Below, in pieces: positions 12,901 to 25,700 of a stretch of 64,000 bases of DNA. The stretch's first letter is position 1. Every line of letters begins with the position of its first letter. Under the pieces are notes generated by a model, which worked only from the letters and a program-made list of their open reading frames with translations, was not told the DNA's origin and did not search any database. Location of the stretch: positions 21,266,001 to 21,330,000 of the forward strand of contig OZ059900.1 in NCBI GenBank assembly GCA_964057225.1. The letters run 5' to 3'. Made by a program: the position numbers and the translations under genes. The stretch comes from Auanema rhodensis. Taxonomy: Eukaryota > Animalia > Nematoda.

Positions 12901-15900
12901 GCTTCATTTTAGTATGTAACACGCTGAAACTCGTTGCATTTGACTACTCATATGAACAAAAATCGATTTAATCAATATTAGCCATAAGGGGCGTGCCCTC
13001 AGAATATGCTAATTTCCTTAATTTTCTAACCCCTGTTTTTTTGTCGTGAAAGTGGAACTAGACGTTGTACGAACAATTTTGAGCTAGGTTTCATTGACAT
13101 TGCATGAGTTTGAACACATGAAATCGTAAGTCAAAACCTTGTTTACAGCGAAATTTCCAAAAACTGGTTTTCCAGCATAATAAAATATTTCTCATGAGAA
13201 ATACTGTGTTTTTGTATTTTTCTAGTGTTCAGCATGTAAAATGCTTCATTTTAGTATGTAACACGATGAAATTCGTTGCATTTGACGACTCATATGAACA
13301 AAAATCGATTTAATCAATATTAGCCATAAGGGGCGTGCCCTCAGAATATGCTAATTTCATTAATTTTCTAACCCCTGTTTTTTTGTCGTGAAAGTGGAAC
13401 TAGACGTTGTAGGAACAATTTTGAGCTAGGTTTCATTGACATTGCATGAGTTTGAACACATGAAATCGTAAGTCAAAACCTTGTTTACAGCGAAATTTCC
13501 AAAAACTGGTTTTCCAGCATAATAAAATATTTCTCATGGGAAATACTGTGTTTTTGTATTTTTCTAGTGTTCAGCATGTAAAATGCTTCATTTTAGTATG
13601 TAACACGCTGAAATTCGTTGCATTTGACGACTCATATGAACAAAAATCGATTTAATCAATATTAGCCATAAGGGGCGTGCCCTCAGAATATGCTAATTTC
13701 CTTAATTTTCTAACCCCTGTTTTTTTGTCGTGAAAGTGGAACTAGACGTTGTACGAACAATTTTGAGCTAGGTTTCATTGACATTGCATGAGTTTGAACA
13801 CATGAAATCGTAAGTCAAAACCTTGTTTACAGCGAAAATTCCAAAAACTGGTTTTCCAGCATAATAAAATATTTCTCATGGGAAATACTGTGTTTTTGTA
13901 TTTTTCTAGTGTTCAGCATGTAAAATACTTCATTTTAGTATGTAACACGCTGAAATTCGTTGCATTTGACGACTCATATGAACAAAAATCGATTTAATCA
14001 ATATTAGCCATAAGGGGCGTGCCCTCAGAATATGCTAATTTCCTAAATTTTCTAACCCCTGTTTTTTTGTCGTGAAAGTGGAACTAGACGTTGTACGAAC
14101 AATTTTGAGCTAGGTTTCATTGACATTGCATGAGTTTGAACACATGAAATCGTAAGTCAAAACCTTGTTTACAGCGAAATTTCCAAAAACTGGTTTTCCA
14201 GCATAATAAAATATTTCTCATGGGAAATACTGTGTTTTTGTATTTTTCTAGTGTTCAGCATGTAAAATGCTTCATTTTAGTATGTAACACGCTGAAACTC
14301 GTTGCATTTGACTACTCATATGAACAAAAATCGATTTAATCAATATTAGCCATAAGGGGCGTGCCCTCAGAATATGCTAATTTCCTTAATTTTCTAACCC
14401 CTGTTTTTTTGTCGTGAAAGTGGAACTAGACGTTGTACAAACAATTTTGAGCTAGGTTTCATTGACATTGCATGAGTTTGAACACATGGAATCGTAAGTC
14501 AAAACCTTGTTTACAGCGAAATTTCCAAAAACTGGTTTTCCAGCATAATAAAATATTTCTCATGGGAAATACTGTGTTTTTGTATTTTTCTAGTGTTCAG
14601 CATGTAAAATACTTCATTTTAGTATGTAACACGCTGAAATTCGTTGCATTTGACGACTCATATGAACAAAAATCGATTTAATCAATATTAGCCATAAGGG
14701 GCGTGCCCTCAGAATATGCTAATTTCCTTAATTTTCTAACCCCTGTTTTTTTGTCGTGAAAGTGGAACTAGACGTTGTACGAACAATTTTGAGCTAGGTT
14801 TCATTGACATTGCATGAGTTTGAACACATGAAATCGTAAGTCAAAACCTTGTTTACAGCGAAAATTCCAAAAACTGGTTTTCCAGCATAATAAAATATTT
14901 CTCATGGGAAATACTGTGTTTTTGTATTTTTCTAGTGTTCAGCATGTAAAATGCTTCATTTTAGTATGTAACACGCTGAAATTCGTTGCATTTGACGACT
15001 CATATGAACAAAAATCGATTTAATCAATATTAGCCATAAGGGGCGTGCCCTCAGAATATGCTAATTTCCTTAATTTTCTAACCCCTGTTTTTTTGTCGTG
15101 AAAGTGGAACTAGACGTTGTACGAACAATTTTGAGCTAGGTTTCATTGACATTGCATGAGTTTGAACACATGAAATCGTAAGTCAAAACCTTGTTTACAG
15201 CGAAATTTCCAAAAACTGGTTTTCCAGCATAATAAAATATTTCTCATGGGAAATACTGTGTTTTTGTATTTTTCTAGTGTTCAGCATGTAAAATGCTTCA
15301 TTTTAGTATGTAACACGCTGAAACTCGTTGCATTTGACTACTCATATGAACAAAAATCGATTTAATCAATATTAGCCATAAGGGGCGTGCCCTCAGAATA
15401 TGCTAATTTCCTTAATTTTCTAACCCCTGTTTTTTTGTCGTGAAAGTGGAACTAGACGTTGTACAAACAATTTTGAGCTAGGTTTCATTGACATTGCATG
15501 AGTTTGAACACATGGAATCGTAAGTCAAAACCTTGTTTACAGCGAAATTTCCAAAAACTGGTTTTCCAGCATAATAAAATATTTCTCATGGGAAATACTG
15601 TGTTTTTGTATTTTTCTAGTGTTCAGCATGTAAAATACTTCATTTTAGTATGTAACACGCTGAAATTCGTTGCATTTGACGACTCATATGAACAAAAATC
15701 GATTTAATCAATATTAGCCATAAGGGGCGTGCCCTCAGAATATGCTAATTTCCTTAATTTTCTAACCCCTGTTTTTTTGTCGTGAAAGTGGAACTAGACG
15801 TTGTACGAACAATTTTGAGCTAGGTTTCATTGACATTGCATGAGTTTGAACACATGAAATCGTAAGTCAAAACCTTGTTTACAGCGAAAATTCCAAAAAC

Positions 15901-18900
15901 TGGTTTTCCAGCATAATAAAATATTTCTCATGGGAAATACTGTGTTTTTGTATTTTTCTAGTGTTCAGCATGTAAAATGCTTCATTTTAGTATGTAACAC
16001 GCTGAAATTCGTTGCATTTGACGACTCATATGAACAAAAATCGATTTAATCAATATTAGCCATAAGGGGCGTGCCCTCAGAATATGCTAATTTCCTTAAT
16101 TTTCTAACCCCTGTTTTTTTGTCGTGAAAGTGGAACTAGACGTTGTACGAACAATTTTTAGCTAGGTTTCATTGACATTGCATGAGTTTGAACACATGAA
16201 ATCGTAAGTCAAAACCTTGTTTACAGCGAAAATTCCAAAAACTGGTTTTCCAGCATAATAAAATATTTCTCATGGGAAATACTGTGTTTTTGTATTTTTC
16301 TAGTGTTCAGCATGTAAAATGCTTCATTTTAGTATGTAACACGCTGAAATTCGTTGCATTTGACGACTCATATGAACAAAAATCGATTTAATCAATATTA
16401 GCCATAAGGGGCGTGCCCTCAGAATATGCTAATTTCCTTAATTTTCTAACCCCTGTTTTTTTGTCGTGAAAGTGGAGCTAGACGTTGTACAAACAATTTT
16501 GAGCTAGGTTTCATTGACATTGTATGAGTTTGAACACATGGAATCGTAAGTCAAAACCTTGTTTACAGCGAAATTTCCAAAAACTGGTTTTCCAGCATAA
16601 TAAAATATTTCTCATGGGAAATACTGTGTTTTTGTATTTTTCTAGTGTTCAGCATGTAAAATGCTTCATTTTAGTATGTAACACGCTGAAATTCGTTGCA
16701 TTTGACGACTCATATGAACAAAAATCGATTTAATCAATATTAGCCATAAGGGGCGTGCCCTCAGAATATGCTAATTTCCTTAATTTTCTAACCCCTGTTT
16801 TTTTGTCGTGAAAGTGGAACTAGACGTTGTACAAACAATTTTGAGCTAGGTTTCATTGACATTGCATGAGTTTGAACACATGAAATCGTAAGTCAAAACC
16901 TTGTTTACAGCGAAAATTCCAAAAACTGGTTTTCCAGCATAATAAAATATTTCTCATGAGAAATACTGTGTTTTTGTATTTTTCTAGTGTTCAGCATGTA
17001 AAATGCTTAATTTTAGTATGTAACACGATGAAATTCGTTGCATTTGACGACTCATATGAACAAAAATCGATTTAATCAATATTAGCCATAAGGGGCGTGC
17101 CCTCAGAATATGCTAATTTCATTAATTTTCTAACCCCTGTTTTTTTGTCGTGAAAGTGGAACTAGACGTTGTACAAACAATTTTGAGCTAGGTTTCATTG
17201 ACATTGCATGAGTTTGAACACATGAAATCGTAAGTCAAAACCTTGTTTACAGCGAAATTTCCAAAAACTGGTTTTCCAGCATAATAAAATATTTCTCATG
17301 GGAAATACTGTGTTTTTGTATTTTTCTAGTGTTCAGCATGTAAAATACTTCATTTTAGTATGTAACACGCTGAAATTCGTTGCATTTGACGACTCATATG
17401 AACAAAAATCGATTTAATCAATATTAGCCATAAGGGGCGTGCCCTCAGAATATGCTAATTTCCTTAATTTTCTAACCCCTGTTTTTTTGTCGTGAAAGTG
17501 GAACTAGACGTTGTACGAACAATTTTGAGCTAGGTTTCATTGACATTGCATGAGTTTGAACACATGAAATCGTAAGTCAAAACCTTGTTTACAGCGAAAA
17601 TTCCAAAAACTGGTTTTCCAGCATAATAAAATATTTCTCATGGGAAATACTGTGTTTTTGTATTTTTCTAGTGTTCAGCATGTAAAATGCTTCATTTTAG
17701 TATGTAACACGCTGAAATTCGTTGCATTTGACGACTCATATGAACAAAAATCGATTTAATCAATATTAGCCATAAGGGGCGTGCCCTCAGAATATGCTAA
17801 TTTCCTTAATTTTCTAACCCCTGTTTTTTTGTCGTGAAAGTGGAACTAGACGTTGTACCAACAATTTTGAGCTAGGTTTCATTGACATTGCATGAGTTTG
17901 AACACATGAAATCGTAAGTCAAAACCTTGTTTACAGCGAAAATTCCAAAAACTGGTTTTCCAGCATAATAAAATATTTCTCATGGGAAATACTGTGTTTT
18001 TGTATTTTTCTAGTGTTCAGCATGTAAAATGCTTCATTTTAGTATGTAACACGCTGAAATTCGTTGCATTTGACGACTCATATGAACAAAAATCGATTTA
18101 ATCAATATTAGCCATAAGGGGCGTGCCCTCAGAATATGCTAATTTCCTTAATTTTCTAACCCCTGTTTTTTTGTCGTGAAAGTGGAGCTAGACGTTGTAC
18201 AAACAATTTTGAGCTAGGTTTCATTGACATTGTATGAGTTTGAACACATGGAATCGTAAGTCAAAACCTTGTTTACAGCGAAATTTCCAAAAACTGGTTT
18301 TCCAGCATAATAAAATATTTCTCATGGGAAATACTGTGTTTTTGTATTTTTCTAGTGTTCAGCATGTAAAATGCTTCATTTTAGTATGTAACACGCTGAA
18401 ATTCGTTGCATTTGACGACTCATATGAACAAAAATCGATTTAATCAATATTAGCCATAAGGGGCGTGCCCTCAGAATATGCTAATTTCCTTAATTTTCTA
18501 ACCCCTGTTTTTTTGTCGTGAAAGTGGAACTAGACGTTGTACAAACAATTTTGAGCTAGGTTTCATTGACATTGCATGAGTTTGAACACATGAAATCGTA
18601 AGTCAAAACCTTGTTTACAGCGAAAATTCCAAAAACTGGTTTTCCAGCATAATAAAATATTTCTCATGAGAAATACTGTGTTTTTGTATTTTTCTAGTGT
18701 TCAGCATGTAAAATGCTTAATTTTAGTATGTAACACGATGAAATTCGTTGCATTTGACGACTCATATGAACAAAAATCGATTTAATCAATATTAGCCATA
18801 AGGGGCGTGCCCTCAGAATATGCTAATTTCATTAATTTTCTAACCCCTGTTTTTTTGTCGTGAAAGTGGAACTAGACGTTGTACAAACAATTTTGAGCTA

Positions 18901-21900
18901 GGTTTCATTGACATTGCATGAGTTTGAACACATGAAATCGTAAGTCAAAACCTTGTTTACAGCGAAATTTCCAAAAACTGGTTTTCCAGCATAATAAAAT
19001 ATTTCTCATGGGAAATACTGTGTTTTTGTATTTTTCTAGTGTTCAGCATGTAAAATACTTCATTTTAGTATGTAACACGCTGAAATTCGTTGCATTTGAC
19101 GACTCATATGAACAAAAATCGATTTAATCAATATTAGCCATAAGGGGCGTGCCCTCAGAATATGCTAATTTCCTTAATTTTCTAACCCCTGTTTTTTTGT
19201 CGTGAAAGTGGAACTAGACGTTGTACGAACAATTTTGAGCTAGGTTTCATTGACATTGCATGAGTTTGAACACATGAAATCGTAAGTCAAAACCTTGTTT
19301 ACAGCGAAAATTCCAAAAACTGGTTTTCCAGCATAATAAAATATTTCTCATGGGAAATACTGTGTTTTTGTATTTTTCTAGTGTTCAGCATGTAAAATGC
19401 TTCATTTTAGTATGTAACACGCTGAAATTCGTTGCATTTGACTACTCATATGAACAAAAATCGATTTAATCAATATTAGCCATAAGGGGCGTGCCCTCAG
19501 AATATGCTAATTTCCTTAATTTTCTAACCCCTGTTTTTTTGTCGTGAAAGTGGAACTAGACGTTGTACAAACAATTTTGAGCTAGGTTTCATTGACATTG
19601 CATGAGTTTGAACACATGAAATCGTAAGTCAAAACCTTGTTTACAGCGAAATTTCCAAAAACTGGTTTTCCAGCATAATAAAATATTTCTCATGAGAAAT
19701 ACTGTGTTTTTGTATTTTTCTAGTGTTCAGCATGTAAAATGCTTAATTTTAGTATGTAACACGATGAAATTCGTTGCATTTGACGACTCATATGAACAAA
19801 AATCGATTTAATCAATATTAGCCATAAGGGGCGTGCCCTCAGAATATGCTAATTTCATTAATTTTCTAACCCCTGTTTTTTTGTCGTGAAAGTGGAACTA
19901 GACGTTGTACAAACAATTTTGAGCTAGGTTTCATTGACATTGCATGAGTTTGAACACATGGAATCGTAAGTCAAAACCTTGTTTACAGCGAAATTTCCAA
20001 AAACTGGTTTTCCAGCATAATAAAATATTTCTCATGGGAAATACTGTGTTTTTGTATTTTTCTAGTGTTCAGCATGTAAAATACTTCATTTTAGTATGTA
20101 ACACGCTGAAATTCGTTGCATTTGACGACTCATATGAACAAAAATCGATTTAATCAATATTAGCCATAAGGGGCGTGCCCTCAGAATATGCTAATTTCCT
20201 TAATTTTCTAACCCCTGTTTTTTTGTCGTGAAAGTGGAACTAGACGTTGTACGAACAATTTTGAGCTAGGTTTCATTGACATTGCATGAGTTTGAACACA
20301 TGAAATCGTAAGTCAAAACCTTGTTTACAGCGAAAATTCCAAAAACTGGTTTTCCAGCATAATAAAATATTTCTCATGGGAAATACTGTGTTTTTGTATT
20401 TTTCTAGTGTTCAGCATGTAAAATACTTCATTTTAGTATGTAACACGCTGAAATTCGTTGCATTTGACGACTCATATGAACAAAAATCGATTTAATCAAT
20501 ATTAGCCATAAGGGGCGTGCCCTCAGAATATGCTAATTTCCTAAATTTTCTAACCCCTGTTTTTTTGTCGTGAAAGTGGAACTAGACGTTGTACGAACAA
20601 TTTTGAGCTAGGTTTCATTGACATTGCATGAGTTTGAACACATGAAATCGTAAGTCAAAACCTTGTTTACAGCGAAATTTCCAAAAACTGGTTTTCCAGC
20701 ATAATAAAATATTTCTCATGGGAAATACTGTGTTTTTGTATTTTTCTAGTGTTCAGCATGTAAAATGCTTCATTTTAGTATGTAACACGCTGAAATTCGT
20801 TGCATTTGACGACTCATATGAACAAAAATCGATTTAATCAATATTAGCCATAAGGGGCGTGCCCTCAGAATATGCTAATTTCCTTAATTTTCTAACCCCT
20901 GTTTTTTTGTCGTGAAAGTGGAACTAGACGTTGTACGAACAATTTTGAGCTAGGTTTCATTGACATTGCATGAGTTTGAACACATGAAATCGTAAGTCAA
21001 AACCTTGTTTACAGCGAAATTTCCAAAAACTGGTTTTCCAGCATAATAAAATATTTCTCATGGGAAATACTGTGTTTTTGTATTTTTCTAGTGTTCAGCA
21101 TGTAAAATGCTTCATTTTAGTATGTAACACGCTGAAATTCGTTGCATTTGACGACTCATATGAACAAAAATCGATTTAATCAATATTAGCCATAAGGGGC
21201 GTGCCCTCAGAATATGCTAATTTCCTTAATTTTCTAACCCCTGTTTTTTTGTCGTGAAAGTGGAACTAGACGTTGTACGAACAATTTTGAGCTAGGTTTC
21301 ATTGACATTGCATGAGTTTGAACACATGAAATCGTAAGTCAAAACCTTGTTTACAGCGAAAATTCCAAAAACTGGTTTTCCAGCATAATAAAATATTTCT
21401 CATGGGAAATACTGTGTTTTTGTATTTTTCTAGTGTTCAGCATGTAAAATGCTTCATTTTAGTATGTAACACGCTGAAATTCGTTGCATTTGACTACTCA
21501 TATGAACAAAAATCGATTTAATCAATATTAGCCATAAGGGGCGTGCCCTCAGAATATGCTAATTTCCTTAATTTTCTAACCCCTGTTTTTTTGTCGTGAA
21601 AGTGGAACTAGACGTTGTACAAACAATTTTGAGCTAGGTTTCATTGACATTGCATGAGTTTGAACACATGAAATCGTAAGTCAAAACCTTGTTTACAGCG
21701 AAATTTCCAAAAACTGGTTTTCCAGCATAATAAAATATTTCTCATGAGAAATACTGTGTTTTTGTATTTTTCTAGTGTTCAGCATGTAAAATGCTTAATT
21801 TTAGTATGTAACACGATGAAATTCGTTGCATTTGACGACTCATATGAACAAAAATCGATTTAATCAATATTAGCCATAAGGGGCGTGCCCTCAGAATATG

Positions 21901-22672
21901 CTAATTTCCTTAATTTTCTAACCCCTGTTTTTTTGTCGTGAAAGTGGAACTAGACGTTGTACGAACAATTTTGAGCTAGGTTTCATTGACATTGCATGAG
22001 TTTGAACACATGAAATCGTAAGTCAAAACCTTGTTTACAGCGAAAATTCCAAAAACTGGTTTTCCAGCATAATAAAATATTTCTCATGGGAAATACTGTG
22101 TTTTTGTATTTTTCTAGTGTTCAGCATGTAAGATACTTCATTTTAGTATGTAACACGCTGAAATTTGTTGCATTTGACGACTCATATGAACAAAAATCGA
22201 TTTAATCAATATTAGCCATAAGGGGCGTGCCCTCAGAATATGCTAATTTCCTAAATTTTCTAACCCCTGTTTTTTTGTCGTGAAAGTGGAACTAGACGTT
22301 GTACGAACAATTTTGAGCTAGGTTTCATTGACATTGCATGAGTTTGAACACATGAAATCGTAAGTCAAAACCTTGTTTACAGCGAAAATTCCAAAAACTG
22401 GTTTTCCAGCATAATAAAATATTTCTCATGGGAAATACTGTGTTTTTGTATTTTTCTAGTGTTCAGCATGTAAAATGGTTCATTTAAGTATGTAACACGC
22501 TGAAATTCGTTGCATTTGACTACTCATATGAACAAAAATCGATTTAATCAATATTAGCCATAAGGGGCGTGCCCTCAGAATATGCTAATTTCCTTAATTT
22601 TCTAACCCTTGTTTTTTTGTCGTGAAAGTGGAACTAGACGTTGTACAAACAATTTTGAGCTAGGTTTCATTG

Positions 22673-22703
22673 TGTGACATATGAACAAAAATCGATTTCA
22701 ATG
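22673..22703. other. Primary fold-back (inversion) junction of the array
   Basis: ...GGTTTCATTG|TGTGA|CATATGAACAAAAATCGATTT (monomer 280-300, forward)|CAATG|TGAGTCGTCAAATG... (reverse complement from monomer position 281 downward). Confidence 0.95.
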
Positions 22704-25700
22704 TGAGTCGTCAAATGCAACGAATTTCAGCGTGTTACATACTAAAATGAAGCATTTTACATGCTGAACACTAGAAAAATACAAAAACACAGTATTTCTC
22801 ATGAGAATTATTTTATTATGCTGGAAAACCAGTTTTTGGAAATTTCGCTGTAAACAAGGTTTTGACTTACGATTTCATGTGTTCAAACTCATGCAATGTC
22901 AATGAAACCTAGCTCAAAATTGTTCGTACAACGTCTAGTTCCACTTTCACGACAAAAAAACAGGGGTTAGAAAATTAAGGAAATTAGCATATTCTGAGGG
23001 CACGCCCCTTATGGCTAATATTGATTAAATCGATTTTTGTTCATATGAGTCGTCAAATGCAACGAATTTCAGCGTGTTACATACTAAAATGAAGCATTTT
23101 ACATGCTGAACACTAGAAAAATACAAAAACACAGTATTTCCCATGAGAAATATTTTATTATGCTGGAAAACCAGTTTTTGGAAATTTCGCTGTAAACAAG
23201 GTTTTGACTTACGATTTCATGTGTTCAAACTCATGCAATGTCAATGAAACCTAGCTCAAAATTGTTCGTACAACGTCTAGTTCCACTTTCACGACAAAAA
23301 AACAGGGGTTAGAAAATTAAGGAAATTAGCATATTCTGAGGGCACGCCCCTTATGGCTAATATTGATTAAATCGATTTTTGTTCATATGAGTCGTCAAAT
23401 GCGACGAATTTCAGCGTGTTACATACTAAAATGAAGCATTTCACATGCTGAACACTAGAAAAATACAAAAACACAGTATTTTCCATGAGAAATATTTTAT
23501 TATGCTGGAAAACCAGTTTTTGGAAATTTCGCTGTAAACAAGGTTTTGACTTACGATTTCATGTGTTCAAACTCATGCAATGTCAATGAAACCTAGCTCA
23601 AAATTGTTCGTACAACGTCTAGTTCCACTTTCACGACAAAAAAACAGGGGTTAGAAAATTAAGGAAATTAGCATATTCTGAGGGCACGCCCCTTATGGCT
23701 AATATTGATTAAATCGATTTTTGTTCATATGAGTCGTCAAATGCAACGAATTTCAGCGTGTTACATACTAAAATGAAGCATTTTACATGCTGAACACTAG
23801 AAAAATACAAAAACACAGTATTTCCCATGAGAAATATTTTATTATGCTGGAAAACCAGTTTTTGGAAATTTCGCTGTAAACAAGGTTTTGACTTATGATT
23901 TCATGTGTTAAAACTCATGCAATGTCAATGAAACCTGGCTCAAAATTGTTCGTACAACGTCTAGTTCCACTTTCACGACAAAAAAACAGGGGTTAGAAAA
24001 TTAAGGAAATTAGCATATTCTGAGGGCACGCCCCTTATGGCTAATATTGATTAAATCGATTTTTGTTCATATGAGTCGTCAAATGCAACGAATTTTAGCG
24101 TGTTACATACTAAAATGAAGCATTTTACATGCTGAACACTAGAAAAATACAAAAACACAGTATTTCCCATGAGAAATATTTTATTATGCTGGAAAACCAG
24201 TTTTTGGAAATTTCGCTGTAAACAAGGTTTTGACTTATGATTTCATGTGTTAAAACTCATGCAATGTCAATGAAACCTAGCTCAAAATTGTTCGTACAAC
24301 GTCCAGTTCCACTTTCACGACAAAAAACAGGGGTTAGAAAATTAAGGAAATTAGCATATTCTGAGGGCACGCCACTTATGGCTAATATTGATTAAATCGA
24401 TTTTTGTTCATATGAGTCGTCAAATGCAACGAATTTCAGCGTGTTACAAACTAAAATGAAGCATTTTACATGCTGAACACTAGAAAAATACAAAAACACA
24501 GTATTTCCCATGAGAAATATTTTATTATGCTGGAAAACCAGTTTTTGGAAATTTCGCTGTAAACAATGTTTTGACTTACGATTTCATGTGTTCAAACTCA
24601 TGCAATGTCAATGAAACCTGGCTCAAAATTGTTCGTACAACGTCTAGTTCCACTTTCACGACAAAAAAACAGGGGTTAGAAAATTAAGGAAATTAGCATA
24701 TTCTGAGGGCACGCCCCTTATGGCTAATATTGATTAAATCGATTTTTGTTCATATGAGTCGTCAAATGCAACGAATTTCAGCGTGTTACATACTAAAATG
24801 AATCATTTTACATGCTGAACACTAGAAAAATACAAAAACACAGTATTTCCCATGAGAAATATTTTATTATGCTGGAAAACCAGTTTTTGGAAATTTCGCT
24901 GTAAACAAGGTTTTGACTTACGATTTCATGTGTTCAAACTCATGCAATGTCAATGAAACCTAGCTGAAAATTGTTCGTACAACGTCTAGTTCCACTTTCA
25001 CGACAAAAAAACAGGGGTTAGAAAATTAAGGAAATTAGCATATTCTGAGGGCACGCCCCTTATGGCTAATATTGATTAAATCGATTTTTGTTCATATGAG
25101 TCGTCAAATTCAACGAATTTCAGCGTGTTACATACTAAAATGGATCATTTTACATGCTGAACACTAGAAAAATACAAAAACACAGTATTTCCCATGAGAA
25201 ATATTTTATTATGCTGGAAAACCAGTTTTTCGAAATTTCGCTGTAAACAAGGTTTTGACTTACGATTTCATGTGTTCAAACTCATGCAATGTCAATGAAA
25301 CCTAGTTCAAAATTGTTCGTACAACGTCTAGTTCCACTTTCACGACAAAAAAACAGGGGTTAGAAAATTAAGGAAATTAGCATATTCTGAGGGCACGCCC
25401 CTTATGGCTAATATTGATTAAATCGATTTTTGTTCATATGAGTCGTCAAATGCAACGAATTTCAGCGTGTTACATACTAAAATGAAGCATTTTACATGCT
25501 GAATACTTGAAAAATACAAAAACACAGTATTTCCCATGAGAAATATTTTATTATGCTGGAAAACCAGTTTTTGGAAATTTCGCTGTAAACAAGGTTTTGA
25601 CTTACGATTTCATGTGTTCAAACTCATGCAATGTCAATGAAACCTAGCTCAAAATTGTTCGTACAACGTCTAGTTCCACTTTCACGACAAAAAAACAGGG

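Larger units (their letters stand above)
1..22672 (+). repeat. Forward satellite block (~66 head-to-tail monomers, 'left-type' variants)
   Basis: Uninterrupted 342-bp period. Monomers differ mostly at about a dozen recurrent sites (e.g. TACGA/TACAA/TAGGA, GAAAATT/GAAATTT, ATGGGA/ATGAGA, GACGAC/GACTAC, TTCCTTAA/TTCATTAA/TTCCTAAA). The last monomer is truncated at ...GGTTTCATTG. Confidence 0.97.

Noticed and set aside
3170-20153. Eight near-identical 69-aa ORFs (MSLNTWNRKSK...)
   Set aside because: They exist only in monomers where a single TGA>TGG change removes the stop found in all other copies. They lie wholly within satellite, with no recognisable domain or gene context.
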